Shown here: positions 1 to 9,045 of the stretch, one piece after another | How the letters are laid out: each line of letters begins with the position of its first letter | How positions within the stretch are numbered: position 1 is the first letter of the stretch | IMG/VR virus record: IMGVR_UViG_3300025429_000023 | Location: 1 to 51,134 of that record | Source of the DNA: a virus | Lineage: Duplodnaviria > Caudoviricetes | Reading direction: 5' to 3' (one strand) | Length of the DNA: 51,134 nucleotides | Notes under the pieces: model-generated | Database searches by the model: none | What the model was told of the DNA's origin: nothing | The model's input: only the letters and a program-made list of their open reading frames with translations | Translations under genes and position numbers: made by a program

Positions 1-223
1 GACCAAACCAACGAATATAATATCGCTCCAACATAAATGATTGTAATTCAGTCAAATTATCTTGAACTATTATAATATGGGATTTATCTTTTGGAACAAA
101 TACTTTTCCGTGGGGATTATACATCCTTTTTCCTTTACCCTTACCAACATAATATGGTGTTCCTATTTTTGCGGTTTTGGAATCTTTTGAACGTAAATAG
201 AAATAGACGTAATAAATAGTCAT
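1..223 (-). CDS. GIY-YIG (Seg-like) free-standing homing endonuclease, runs off the window edge
   Basis: Not in ORF track. Hand translation from ATG at 223: MTIYYVYFYLRSKDSKTAKIGTPYYVGKGKGKR...LERYYIRWFG, with YVY...YVG motif, Arg and catalytic-type Glu. GGGAG SD upstream. Confidence 0.85.
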   Translation of the reverse strand, partial: MTIYYVYFYLRSKDSKTAKIGTPYYVGKGKGKRMYNPHGKVFVPKDKSHIIIVQDNLTELQSFMLERYYIRWFG

Positions 224-300
224 AGCTGATACTCCCTTTTAGTATTAGAATAGGTGGGGACTGCAATCCCGTGACCTATACCTATTTATATCAGCTATGA
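220..300 (-). promoter_or_regulatory. T4-type late promoter plus 12-bp start-codon-sequestering inverted repeat and leader hairpins
   Basis: TATAAATA at 283-290 (minus). 220-231 TCATAGCTGATA is the exact reverse complement of 289-300. Inner hairpin at 251-278. Confidence 0.8.
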
Positions 301-307
301 AATATAA

Positions 308-727
308 TTAAGCAAAATTATAATCTGTTCCAAAGATTATTCTTTCCATACCATCATATTCATCCAATTCCCAATTAACATCATCAGGAATTTCTACAAT
401 TTCCAGTTTGGCATAATTACCATTTGCTTGTTCACCCAGTTCTTCAACTACCTGAACCAATACTGGATCATCCCTTCCTATATTACGATGGTAGAAAGTT
501 TCTTTATCAAGTTTTCGGTTGTGTTCAATACGATCTTCAATACTCATAGAATAGAAATCCTGACCCTCTTTACGAACCGTGCGGTCCTCTGGTGCAACCA
601 ACCAATAAGTATTACCCCACTTATCTGGTTCAACCCATACCTTTTGGCCCTTGATTTCAAGGTATCGACGAATAGCTTTCTCACTTAAACCGAAACCACC
701 AAAACAACGATTAATTACTACTTTCAT
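308..727 (-). CDS. conserved phage hypothetical protein
   Basis: MKVVINRCFGGFGLS...RDDPVLVQVVEELG...EYDGME pattern recognised from phage proteins; tightly packed operon. Confidence 0.75.
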   Translation of the reverse strand: MKVVINRCFGGFGLSEKAIRRYLEIKGQKVWVEPDKWGNTYWLVAPEDRTVRKEGQDFYSMSIEDRIEHNRKLDKETFYHRNIGRDDPVLVQVVEELGEQANGNYAKLEIVEIPDDVNWELDEYDGMERIIFGTDYNFA

Positions 728-923
728 TTCTCATTTCCTCAACCAATTTACGTTTCTTAACCATATCCCATGTGACGAAGTGACAGATACAGAACTGAAA
801 TTCAAATACAGTTTCATCAATAGGCAGATAATCAAACTCGGTACAGAAGTGCCTATATTCACCCGTCAATACCTTACCGTGATGGTGCATACAATCTTCA
901 TTGAATTCTTCCCAATTGGCCAT
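711..923 (-). CDS. hypothetical protein (Cys/His-containing)
   Basis: ORF track; start and stop overlap with neighbours. Confidence 0.6.
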   Translation of the reverse strand: MANWEEFNEDCMHHHGKVLTGEYRHFCTEFDYLPIDETVFEFQFCICHFVTWDMVKKRKLVEEMRNESSN

Positions 924-1111
924 TATTCAAACTCATCTTCTGAATTAGTAACACCAACCCAATCTGCTTGTTCAAGCAATTCCTCATCGGAAAGGTCATC
1001 AAGAAACTCAACAGTTCCATTATAATAATAATCCATAAGATCATCAAGATCAGCATTATCAGTCATCCGATTGGCAATCATTTCGATAAGGGTATTACGA
1101 TCAATTTTCAT
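923..1111 (-). CDS. small acidic hypothetical protein
   Basis: ORF track; GGAG SD; coupled to neighbours. Confidence 0.65.
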   Translation of the reverse strand: MKIDRNTLIEMIANRMTDNADLDDLMDYYYNGTVEFLDDLSDEELLEQADWVGVTNSEDEFE

Positions 1112-1112
1112 A

Positions 1113-1430
1113 TTAAACTCCTACTTCAACTTCATTAAAACGAACAATACAATCAAGAACCCGATCAGATTCAGCCATATAGAATACATATTCTCCAAGT
1201 TCTACACGATCAGCTGAATCGACATACTCAAAACCACCGTAATACTGTAGTGTACGATCATTATACTTTGTAACCGCAATACAATCACCATTCACATATA
1301 AGTTATAACCAGCACGACTATCAAGGCCAAGATTTTCTGCCTTGGTCTTGGTCATGTGGTCAAAAACAAAACTCTCTACCGTACTGGTTACAGTATCAAC
1401 CAAAATATAAACATTATCAATATCTCTCAT
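1113..1430 (-). CDS. hypothetical protein
   Basis: First gene after promoter element copy 1; GAG SD. Confidence 0.7.
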   Translation of the reverse strand: MRDIDNVYILVDTVTSTVESFVFDHMTKTKAENLGLDSRAGYNLYVNGDCIAVTKYNDRTLQYYGGFEYVDSADRVELGEYVFYMAESDRVLDCIVRFNEVEVGV

Positions 1431-1464
1431 AATATAACTCTTAATTAAAAATCAATGTGTTGTC

Positions 1465-1631
1465 TCAAACTGTGGAACCATTCTAACACAAGTGGCCAGG
1501 AATGCAAGAGCCATGGAAGAAACAATGCTGAGCGGTTTTGTTGACAGTGGAGGGAGAATTCCACAAGGCAGAGTGACAGACAATAAAAAAGGACGCATCC
1601 AGGAAGGAATTGCGTCCCTAAGTGATTGATT
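1465..1631 (-). promoter_or_regulatory. composite early promoter element, copy 1 (long form)
   Basis: TTGCAT-N16-TAGAAT with extended TG; boxes at 1519 and 1541; GGAAGGA-N10-TAAGTGATTGATT (IHF consensus) at 1602-1631. Confidence 0.8.
1585..1618 (-). terminator. intrinsic terminator
   Basis: GGACGCA/TGCGTCC stem followed by T6 on the minus strand, just after the stop of 1632..1817. Confidence 0.7.
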
Positions 1632-1817
1632 TTATTGTGTTAGTGGTGCGTCTTCCGAGTCATCATCGAGCACCACGACCTCTTGAATGCTAAGAGACTT
1701 TTTAAGATCAATTTCTTTATCAATAAAAGCCTTTGCGGCCTTTCGGGTTTTGAAAACAGTAACCAATGTGGCAGAATGTGACCTGCCAGCCGTCAACCAT
1801 ACTAGATATACTTTCAT
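1632..1817 (-). CDS. small phage protein (MKVY..vF.t...A family), paralog of 16786..16971
   Basis: MKVYLV...LVTVFKTRKAAKAFI. Confidence 0.65.
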   Translation of the reverse strand: MKVYLVWLTAGRSHSATLVTVFKTRKAAKAFIDKEIDLKKSLSIQEVVVLDDDSEDAPLTQ

Positions 1818-2071
1818 TACTTTTTAACCTCCCATTGGACCCATTTACCATTTGCAATATCATCATGAGTCAACCATTTATAAAAATTTGGATGAGATTC
1901 GGTTTTATCAATACACTCCTGTCCTTTTGAAGAATCTACATGACGTATCTGTAAACGATATACTGGTGTATTTGCAAGTTCATTATCATGTTTCGTAAGA
2001 AAATATATTACGAAAGTTTGTGGAGGAACAAAGTTCTTACCGTGTTGTTTAATTACTTCTTCGTATAACAT
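1817..2071 (-). CDS. hypothetical protein
   Basis: ORF track; TAATG coupling. Confidence 0.6.
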   Translation of the reverse strand: MLYEEVIKQHGKNFVPPQTFVIYFLTKHDNELANTPVYRLQIRHVDSSKGQECIDKTESHPNFYKWLTHDDIANGKWVQWEVKK

Positions 2072-2298
2072 TATTTACTACCATATTCTTCACGAATCTG
2101 ACAGGCAATCGGTATATTAATGAACCCATCATTGAGCAATCTCTGTGTTAGGTGTCCAATCAATAGTTCAGAATACTTCTGAAATTCATCGTCATATTCA
2201 GCCGACCAATCAATTACTGCATCCTTTGGTTTCCATTCTTCATCTTCCCAGAAACAGAAACCTGCTACTTCTGCTAATTCTTTAATTATTGGATTCAT
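2071..2298 (-). CDS. MNxxIxELA-family small phage protein
   Basis: Start reassigned to MNPIIKELAEVAG after a GGAG SD. Confidence 0.65.
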   Translation of the reverse strand: MNPIIKELAEVAGFCFWEDEEWKPKDAVIDWSAEYDDEFQKYSELLIGHLTQRLLNDGFINIPIACQIREEYGSK

Positions 2299-2632
2299 AC
2301 TTATTCTCCAATTCCTCAATTCTCTTTAGAAGTCTCTCATTTTCTTTTTTTAGACCCCTGATTTTATAATGTTTCCAACCCAGTTCTTCATACTTATCTT
2401 GCATCATTTTGATTTCATCACGGTCAATTTCACGCAATCTGGTTTCTGGTTCAATAAAGATGCGACCACTATCCCAATCGATTCCACCACGAACAATCTT
2501 AATATTTACAGATGGAGTACCGCCGACAGCACCAACACGATAAACAGGAATAACTACTCGCCAATCATCCATTCTACCTTTAGCGAATTGACAAACTCTT
2601 TGCAATTGTAGAATAAGTTCATTAGTGTTCAT
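2282..2632 (-). CDS. hypothetical protein with C-terminal coiled coil
   Basis: Start reassigned to MNTNEL after a GAGAG SD. Confidence 0.6.
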   Translation of the reverse strand: MNTNELILQLQRVCQFAKGRMDDWRVVIPVYRVGAVGGTPSVNIKIVRGGIDWDSGRIFIEPETRLREIDRDEIKMMQDKYEELGWKHYKIRGLKKENERLLKRIEELENKYESNN

Positions 2633-2744
2633 AATACTCTCTCTGCAATCCACATAAGAAGAACAATCATCAATCCTCCAACAAACGCCCACGGAAGAAT
2701 CATGAATAATATCAGAAAGAATCTTTTGTCTTCTTCATCAAGTT

Positions 2745-3065
2745 TCATTGTTTCAACCTACTAATATCAATAATTTGTTCATCAATCGCATTATAAGTGA
2801 TAAGACAATTACCCATACCCTCATCTACAGGTTCAATATACCAATTATGATATAAAAGTGTAATCTTTACTTCTTGGGATTTATATACTGGTTTCAAACG
2901 GTATACTTCATTTTCATCCCATATAGGATTAGAATCGTCCAACCATATGAATTGTGGTTCTTTACGGGTGGGAACCACATCATATTGTTTTACACTTCGT
3001 TGAATCTTTGCACCCTTAGCCCATGCAATAATATATTCATAATGTTTATGTCTGACTTCTTTCAT
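2745..3065 (-). CDS. phage hypothetical protein
   Basis: HKHYEYIIAWAKGAKIQ...PIWDENEVYRLKP pattern. Confidence 0.65.
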   Translation of the reverse strand: MKEVRHKHYEYIIAWAKGAKIQRSVKQYDVVPTRKEPQFIWLDDSNPIWDENEVYRLKPVYKSQEVKITLLYHNWYIEPVDEGMGNCLITYNAIDEQIIDISRLKQ

Positions 3066-3274
3066 TACAGTTCCTTATTCCTTACCAATTCTTCAAACAT
3101 ATCAAATAACTTACCAAACTTCAATTCATATAACTGGTGCATACCCAATAGTGTATTAGAAATCTGATCCTTTGTCAAATCCTTTTCTACTACTGCTTCA
3201 AGTAGGGTATTAATATCCTTTGTTACATTCCACGTATCAAAAATTTGTTGTTCAAATGTAAATCTATCACTCAT
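3065..3274 (-). CDS. hypothetical protein
   Basis: Start reassigned to MSDRFTFEQQI after a GGAGG SD. Confidence 0.65.
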   Translation of the reverse strand: MSDRFTFEQQIFDTWNVTKDINTLLEAVVEKDLTKDQISNTLLGMHQLYELKFGKLFDMFEELVRNKEL

Positions 3275-3657
3275 GATTTCCTCCAAAACATATACCAAGG
3301 TTTATTTGCTGGCAAAACAGTATATTCAAATTTAATTTCTGGTTCTGGTTGCACCACGATGTTCCAGTATACATAAAGCTTTGCTCTATCCACATATGCC
3401 CGATAACCATTCTTTACAAGATGGAAAATAAGCTGTTGCATATGTACGGGAGATAACTCTGAAATAACAGGGTCAGGAGTGATTCCAGAACAATACTCAT
3501 CAATCCACAAATCAAAACCAAAACTTCCCCTTTCAGATGTTTCTTTAATCTTTTTATTAAGATATTCGATATACTTTTCCATACCATTATTGCGAAAATC
3601 AATTAGACTAATATCTCGCATTTGTCTGGCTTCTTCTGCTGTGATTAGTTTAACCAT
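3271..3657 (-). CDS. hypothetical protein
   Basis: ORF track; ATGA overlap; ends KPWYMFWRKS. Confidence 0.65.
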   Translation of the reverse strand: MVKLITAEEARQMRDISLIDFRNNGMEKYIEYLNKKIKETSERGSFGFDLWIDEYCSGITPDPVISELSPVHMQQLIFHLVKNGYRAYVDRAKLYVYWNIVVQPEPEIKFEYTVLPANKPWYMFWRKS

Positions 3658-3750
3658 TATTTCAATCCTGTTTCTGATTTTGCCCTAGAAATAACATATC
3701 CAGTAAATAACCCCAACAGATATGCAAGAATTATAATAATTTCTGTCATA

Positions 3751-3972
3751 TTAATCACCGAAATAAAAATCTTTAATGAATTCTGCTTGTTTCAGAATAA
3801 TACCTGCTTCAAGATAGTTTCCTTTATTTGCATGAAGTTTCGCATCTTCTACCATACCCAAATAGATATGATTGCGAATACCAAGAACAAATCCTTCAAT
3901 TCTAAAATCAATAGGATTTGTGGTATGACCAAATTGGTCAAAGTAAATCTTCTTTAATTGTTCATTCATCAT
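3751..3972 (-). CDS. hypothetical protein
   Basis: ORF track; overlaps the upstream stop. Confidence 0.55.
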   Translation of the reverse strand: MMNEQLKKIYFDQFGHTTNPIDFRIEGFVLGIRNHIYLGMVEDAKLHANKGNYLEAGIILKQAEFIKDFYFGD

Positions 3973-4220
3973 TCAACTCCGAAATGTTGTTTGATTAAAA
4001 GTTTAATTAAAGTTGCGGAACTTTCTGCTTTATGTTCTCTATTCTCACGACATTCATTCTCAACATGAATACACTGGTTGAGACATTCCTGAATAATCAA
4101 CTCGGCAAATTTATCTCTGAATGCCAATTCGTGGTGGTATGCTACGATATCATACTCATACTTATTATCATCAATATATTTTTGTGCAATTTGGGCAAGT
4201 TCTCTAATCTTTTCATTCAT
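3969..4220 (-). CDS. MNxxIxELA-family small phage protein
   Basis: MNEKIRELA...KFAELIIQEC...IKQHFGVE. Confidence 0.75.
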   Translation of the reverse strand: MNEKIRELAQIAQKYIDDNKYEYDIVAYHHELAFRDKFAELIIQECLNQCIHVENECRENREHKAESSATLIKLLIKQHFGVE

Positions 4221-4396
4221 TATTCATCAATCCACTCGATAGTTACTTTAAAAGTTCCTTTATAGAATCCATATTCATCTTGTGGTACTGCAAGAATAAC
4301 TCCATTTAAAAGAGGATCAAAAGCATCAAATACATCACCCTCAATATCTTGGGTTAGTGATTCACTATTATATTCTTTTTCAAAGATTTTCATTAT

Positions 4397-4630
4397 TTAA
4401 CTCTCCCATTCAATAGTGTGTTCCGACATATCCTTAGCCCTTTTGATGGCATATTCTCTTGCTTGTTCCTGAGTATGTTCATCATATGCAAGACTTGGTT
4501 TTCCATTCACAACATATTTCCAATGACATTGATATTGCCAAGATGAAAATAATCCAAGTTTAAAATGAACTTCATACGAAAAAGATTCTGGTTTATGTAA
4601 CACTCTGACCTTTCTGAATAGGTTTTTCAT
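4397..4630 (-). CDS. hypothetical protein
   Basis: ORF track (start at second Met). Confidence 0.6.
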   Translation of the reverse strand: MKNLFRKVRVLHKPESFSYEVHFKLGLFSSWQYQCHWKYVVNGKPSLAYDEHTQEQAREYAIKRAKDMSEHTIEWES

Positions 4631-4632
4631 TA

Positions 4633-4929
4633 TCACTTCTCCACAAAATGTCTTTCGAGATTATGTTGCTTTACATATCCCCAATAATCATAATGAATAT
4701 ATCCCCTAGACGCAAGAAGTGCGTTAATAAACAATCTCGTGATTAGTGATAACTCAAGAACAGTAATATCATCTTGCGGGGCATACAAATATTTGTTCAT
4801 GTTATCTTTACCATAAATGTAAAGATCACCAATAGGTACTGGTGTAAATGAAACTGCTCCTGCGTCTACAGAGGTAAATGTAGTATTTCCAGTATATGAA
4901 AATGTTGGTGTATCGGTAACTTTACTCAT
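4633..4929 (-). CDS. hypothetical protein
   Basis: ORF track; coupled. Confidence 0.6.
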   Translation of the reverse strand: MSKVTDTPTFSYTGNTTFTSVDAGAVSFTPVPIGDLYIYGKDNMNKYLYAPQDDITVLELSLITRLFINALLASRGYIHYDYWGYVKQHNLERHFVEK

Positions 4930-5132
4930 TACCGTTTCTCCACAATAACTTGGGCATTACATTCTTTCATCCATTCAGTACCATGACCCATGATATAACA
5001 TTGCTGATACCCTTCATTAATGTAATGTTCAGTTTCAACGTGGTTGACGTAAATACCATATAAAGCGATACAAATGATACCAATAATAACCAAACTAAAA
5101 CGTACCATCATACCAATATCAGAACTATTCAT
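4929..5132 (-). CDS. small membrane-anchored protein
   Basis: Hydrophobic stretch FSLVIIGIICIALYGIYV. Confidence 0.6.
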   Translation of the reverse strand: MNSSDIGMMVRFSLVIIGIICIALYGIYVNHVETEHYINEGYQQCYIMGHGTEWMKECNAQVIVEKR

Positions 5133-5276
5133 TACAGTTTCTCCACAATATCTTCACCAAATTGGCCTGTCTTATGACAGTAAATACCATTACTGGTATA
5201 CACACCACCAGTATATGTTCCCTATGTGATGATCCGAAATCAAAATGGAAAAAGGTATTGATTTCGGATCATATAG

Positions 5277-5858
5277 TTACCTAGAAGCATAAAAAATATG
5301 GTCACCAATGATGGCAGTTTTCTTCATGGAAACATTCCAATATGGTGACGCATAATTTGCATGATAATGGTCAGTCGAGGATAGGTTCCGTACCCTCACT
5401 CCGTTTAGGAATGCCCTTACCGCATCCTTTGATGCCACCCAGGCAGAACCTCTTGGTTTCTTTTGTTCTTTCAGAGTCCAAGAGAATTGTTTATCTGCAT
5501 GAATTACATTACAGAAACTATATCCCCATTTACCAGTTTCAGCCCGATTATAAACCGTCTGTAATACTGCAATCTTACCAATATAAGATTGATGTCCGGA
5601 TTCATAAAATACATTCTCAGATAAACAAGTAAATTCCTTTTTATCAAACAATACAATCTTGGTTTTGTTATTGTAAAGTGAAGGGCCGTTGAATTCTGTT
5701 ACTTTTGGTAATACATTACCGATTGGTTCCAATTCTACTGATACTTCACCTCGCTTCTCCAACCTGGATACTCTCTTTTCCAACTTAATGTCTGCAATAG
5801 AATTGGCCAACAGACCAACACTCAACAGAATAATAATACCATAATCACTTGTTTTCAT
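5277..5858 (-). CDS. cell wall hydrolase, SleB/Hydrolase_2 family, with N-terminal hydrophobic anchor
   Basis: CLSENVFYES...GKIAV...NR...C.VI...QFSW...HYHANY..PYW...IGDHIFY motifs. Confidence 0.9.
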   Translation of the reverse strand: MKTSDYGIIILLSVGLLANSIADIKLEKRVSRLEKRGEVSVELEPIGNVLPKVTEFNGPSLYNNKTKIVLFDKKEFTCLSENVFYESGHQSYIGKIAVLQTVYNRAETGKWGYSFCNVIHADKQFSWTLKEQKKPRGSAWVASKDAVRAFLNGVRVRNLSSTDHYHANYASPYWNVSMKKTAIIGDHIFYASR

Positions 5859-5861
5859 AAC

Positions 5862-6359
5862 TCACCATGAACTCTGATAATAAAACTCATACTGATAAAT
5901 CGGATGAGTATATGACTTATCTCCCAGTTTACTTGCTTCATTGAAAGCATCAACAAGTGGTTGCAAAATTCTCTTAGTATCTTCCAAGTCTGAAAAATAC
6001 CATTCATCAATACCAGTAGAACCGAAGAAGAAACCTTCTTGCGGAGGAAGTTTCTCTTGAGCTACCTCAGCACTACCTGATTCAAGTACCTCACATACTA
6101 CCTCATATAGTTCCCGAATGGATTCTGAACTGACATAGTATTCCTTACAATTATCTTCACCATCTTGGACATTCTGAACAAACCAATTATGGATTGCATT
6201 AGCCTTTCGCCAATAAGCTACCCGATAACTAACCTCTTTCACACTCCAATCAGGTACAAAAGGAGCAACCAAATCTTTTACCTTGGTGCTCAATTCCTTA
6301 TCTGCGTCACTCCATTCAGAAACATAACGCTTTGCATTAAAATACATATCAAGACCCAT
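5862..6359 (-). CDS. conserved phage protein (MGLDMY / YWRKAN family)
   Basis: MGLDMY...YWRKANAIHNWFV...GFFFGS...YYQSSW. Confidence 0.8.
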   Translation of the reverse strand: MGLDMYFNAKRYVSEWSDADKELSTKVKDLVAPFVPDWSVKEVSYRVAYWRKANAIHNWFVQNVQDGEDNCKEYYVSSESIRELYEVVCEVLESGSAEVAQEKLPPQEGFFFGSTGIDEWYFSDLEDTKRILQPLVDAFNEASKLGDKSYTHPIYQYEFYYQSSW

Positions 6360-6565
6360 CACTTTTCTCCTTTAATAACTTTATCAATCATTTCAACAAT
6401 TTCACCATAACTATAGTATGCAGCGGGAATTCTCCATCCACCGTTATTGTGCATACCATCCATAATACAGGTATATCCATTCTCAGCTTCAAAAACCGTC
6501 AATGCGGTGCTGAAATAGATAGTAACGTATCTTGTTGGACTTATTTTCAATTCAATTCTATACAT
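6359..6565 (-). CDS. hypothetical protein
   Basis: Start reassigned to MYRIELK, coupled to the upstream stop. Confidence 0.55.
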   Translation of the reverse strand: MYRIELKISPTRYVTIYFSTALTVFEAENGYTCIMDGMHNNGGWRIPAAYYSYGEIVEMIDKVIKGEK

Positions 6566-6774
6566 TATACATCCCAATAACCATAACAATTAATATCACC
6601 TGAAGTATAATCCCGATCATACATTAGATTAGCAAATTCTGACGGGTCATCAGTCAAATCATAATGGCCTGATACTGCCACTCCATACTTGCGAGATAAT
6701 ACAGTCAATTCATCCATAAACTTACGAAAGTTTGGTGCAACCTTTTTGTAATACTCATCACTATAATAAGCCAT
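6565..6774 (-). CDS. hypothetical protein
   Basis: AGGAG SD; ORF track. Confidence 0.65.
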   Translation of the reverse strand: MAYYSDEYYKKVAPNFRKFMDELTVLSRKYGVAVSGHYDLTDDPSEFANLMYDRDYTSGDINCYGYWDV

Positions 6775-6784
6775 AATTATTCTC

Positions 6785-6994
6785 CTAGATATTATCCATT
6801 ACTCTTTGAACCCATGCGTGTTCGACTACTACACCATCACGCATAGTACCACGAAAACCTACTGGTTTTGGTTCATCGAAATCGATATAATGGACAACAG
6901 TACCACCCAGTTTAACCCGAGAATCCCGTACTTTACCCGTAACAGTATGACCGTAATAATTAGCAGTCACATACATATCTTTCAAATACCACAT
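6785..6994 (-). CDS. hypothetical protein
   Basis: AAGGAG SD; ORF track. Confidence 0.65.
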   Translation of the reverse strand: MWYLKDMYVTANYYGHTVTGKVRDSRVKLGGTVVHYIDFDEPKPVGFRGTMRDGVVVEHAWVQRVMDNI

Positions 6995-7006
6995 AATATA
7001 ATCTCC

Positions 7007-7237
7007 TTAAACATTAGTACCGTTTTCATTCATCCAATTAATCCTTTCTGCAAGGATTTTTAATTGTTTTTCAGAAAGGTCCAATTCATCAAGGCAATAC
7101 TTGAAGTTAGCCAAGACATAACCTAGTGCATATGAATAACCCGTGATCTCATAATCTCGAGCATACGGTTTACCATTTGCATAGGCTACCTTTTCGACGG
7201 TATTCATGTATTCGTTAATATAAAGATACTTTGACAT
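7007..7237 (-). CDS. hypothetical protein
   Basis: Start reassigned to MSKYLY after AGGAG; first gene after promoter copy 2. Confidence 0.65.
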   Translation of the reverse strand: MSKYLYINEYMNTVEKVAYANGKPYARDYEITGYSYALGYVLANFKYCLDELDLSEKQLKILAERINWMNENGTNV

Positions 7238-7279
7238 AATATAACTCCTAAATTTCAAAATTTCAATGTTTCACTCAAT

Positions 7280-7360
7280 TTATGGATCCATTGTATCAGA
7301 AATCCTCGGAATGTAAAGCCGCTGGCCGTGAAACAGTCTGCTTCGTCCGGCGAAACAATC
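7280..7360 (-). promoter_or_regulatory. composite early promoter element, copy 2
   Basis: TTTACA-N16-TACAAT with TG extension; GAAACA boxes at 7330 and 7352; IHF-like CAAGTGATTGATC at 7421. Confidence 0.8.
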
Positions 7361-7724
7361 AGGCCTGGCGCCTGCGTCTGGTTTTGGTGGGTGCTTCGGG
7401 TTGAGAGGTTAAGAAGGCCGCAAGTGATTGATCCGTAACAGGTTGAAGGTCATCCTCCTGCGTCCTGGCGACCGTCTTGATACTTTTATTGATGGCTGTG
7501 CTGGATTTCAAGGAGGCAGGATCAAGGGTGCGTAGCTCGGTCAGGTCACGGAAGAAGGTTTCAAGGGTTTTATGGGTAGTGGTTCTAATATACTGGCCAC
7601 CGCGATAGGTAATCACGGTGGTGCCCCCATTATATTTGAATGGTACTTTATTGATGATATTAATATAACCCGATGGTAGGGTTTCAATTTGAAAACCGAG
7701 CAATTCAAAATCTTCTTTTGTCAT
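7359..7724 (-). CDS. hypothetical protein with basic C-terminal tail
   Basis: Start reassigned to MTKEDFELLG (AAGG SD), which removes the overlap with 7768..7962. Confidence 0.55.
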   Translation of the reverse strand: MTKEDFELLGFQIETLPSGYINIINKVPFKYNGGTTVITYRGGQYIRTTTHKTLETFFRDLTELRTLDPASLKSSTAINKSIKTVARTQEDDLQPVTDQSLAAFLTSQPEAPTKTRRRRQA

Positions 7725-7767
7725 AACCTTTATGTTATTAATTGTTGAGAGTATTATAACCTTTAGG

Positions 7768-7962
7768 TTATATTTCATCCATAAAATCCGATGGGTCGAA
7801 ATAAGGCAACCACATAAAAGGTGAGCCAGGTGTAATGTACCATTTACTTTCGGATTTGGTTGCCTCATCCAGATTATGCGTGATTGATATAGAATCATTA
7901 TTCATCGTCACATATACTGGATCCATTTCCGACCAGATAGACAAAACATACCTAATGGCCAT
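7768..7962 (-). CDS. hypothetical protein, probable paralog of 9058..9300
   Basis: MAIRY..W.E...Y...N...L.EA...WLP.F.P shared pattern. Confidence 0.6.
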   Translation of the reverse strand: MAIRYVLSIWSEMDPVYVTMNNDSISITHNLDEATKSESKWYITPGSPFMWLPYFDPSDFMDEI

Positions 7963-8128
7963 TATACTTCCTCAATATCCACTCTGATGATTTCATCAGC
8001 ACTAATGGTCCTATACCGTAACGCCATTCTAGAATAATCCCTAGCAATCAGTTCAGCCCATTCTGATGGAGTAATATCAGAATCGGTTGGAACAGATACT
8101 CTGATTTTAACTGTGATATCAAATTGTT

Positions 8129-8452
8129 TCATTCAAAGTTATCCCAGCTGGTTACTACGAAGGCCAGTTCAATATAAATCTTTTCGTCATACAATTCCTT
8201 ATAGGTACGAACCGAGAATCCACCGCATTGGACGATATACTCTGATTTATGGTTATGAATCATACCATGAACACAATCCCGCATAAGTCCTCTGGCAAAA
8301 CCACGAATTTCACCAATAAGTGGTACTTCCTTACCAGTTTGTATCCACTTCCAATCCAATGCTGTCATAACAGTATGGACCTTTTCAAAATTAAACCAGT
8401 CCATAATGGTATCAATTTCATTCTGGATTTCTGGTGTAATACACTTGCTCAT
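8129..8452 (-). CDS. conserved phage hypothetical protein
   Basis: IMDWFNFEKVHTVMTALDWKW...GGF; AAGGAG SD. Confidence 0.7.
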   Translation of the reverse strand: MSKCITPEIQNEIDTIMDWFNFEKVHTVMTALDWKWIQTGKEVPLIGEIRGFARGLMRDCVHGMIHNHKSEYIVQCGGFSVRTYKELYDEKIYIELAFVVTSWDNFE

Positions 8453-8461
8453 AATAACTCC

Positions 8462-8761
8462 TTAAACGTAAAAATAATGTGAACCGTTCAATGAGACCGG
8501 CGGGATATAACGTGAATATGACCGAATCTTGGATTTCTTATCAGTATGTGAAACCTTCCAATACGGTTCAATACCTTTTGACCGAAGAGCATCAATTAAG
8601 GTGCCGGCGTCGATGTCTTCCTCAAGATAAACATATCCATTGCGGACGTATGAATACTGAGTGATATTCTTCCAAATATCCAAATCAAGAAGGGTTTGGA
8701 ACTTAACCTTTACCCAACCATGGCCCGGATCAGTATATACATTAAATGTTTTCTTTTTCAT
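8462..8761 (-). CDS. conserved phage protein (DPGHGW / YLEED family)
   Basis: DPGHGWVKV...YSY...VYLEED.DA; start reassigned to MKKKTF. Confidence 0.75.
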   Translation of the reverse strand: MKKKTFNVYTDPGHGWVKVKFQTLLDLDIWKNITQYSYVRNGYVYLEEDIDAGTLIDALRSKGIEPYWKVSHTDKKSKIRSYSRYIPPVSLNGSHYFYV

Positions 8762-8772
8762 AATATAATCTC

Positions 8773-9045
8773 TCACTTAAATACAATTAATGCCAATAAT
8801 GCGGTTTGAGTCAAGAAACCAATACAATTTGAAGTGATATGTAACATATCCTTTTGAGTAATGGCTCTAATAAGGTATAGAACAATACCAGCCCATACCA
8901 GTAATACCATCGACAAAGGTGGTATATGAGTAGTATGGCCTTGCCAGATATTATATGTGACAGGTAACGTGCTAGATTGAATTAAAATCATCCCCAACCA
9001 ACCGGCGAGGTTCCCAAGTTTTTGTGTTTTTGTCTTACTTTTCAT
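8773..9045 (-). CDS. three-helix membrane protein, SemiSWEET/PQ-loop-like; probably leaderless
   Basis: 90 aa, three hydrophobic segments, LP after TM1, Asn at the start of TM3; ATG at the predicted +1. Confidence 0.6.
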   Translation of the reverse strand: MKSKTKTQKLGNLAGWLGMILIQSSTLPVTYNIWQGHTTHIPPLSMVLLVWAGIVLYLIRAITQKDMLHITSNCIGFLTQTALLALIVFK

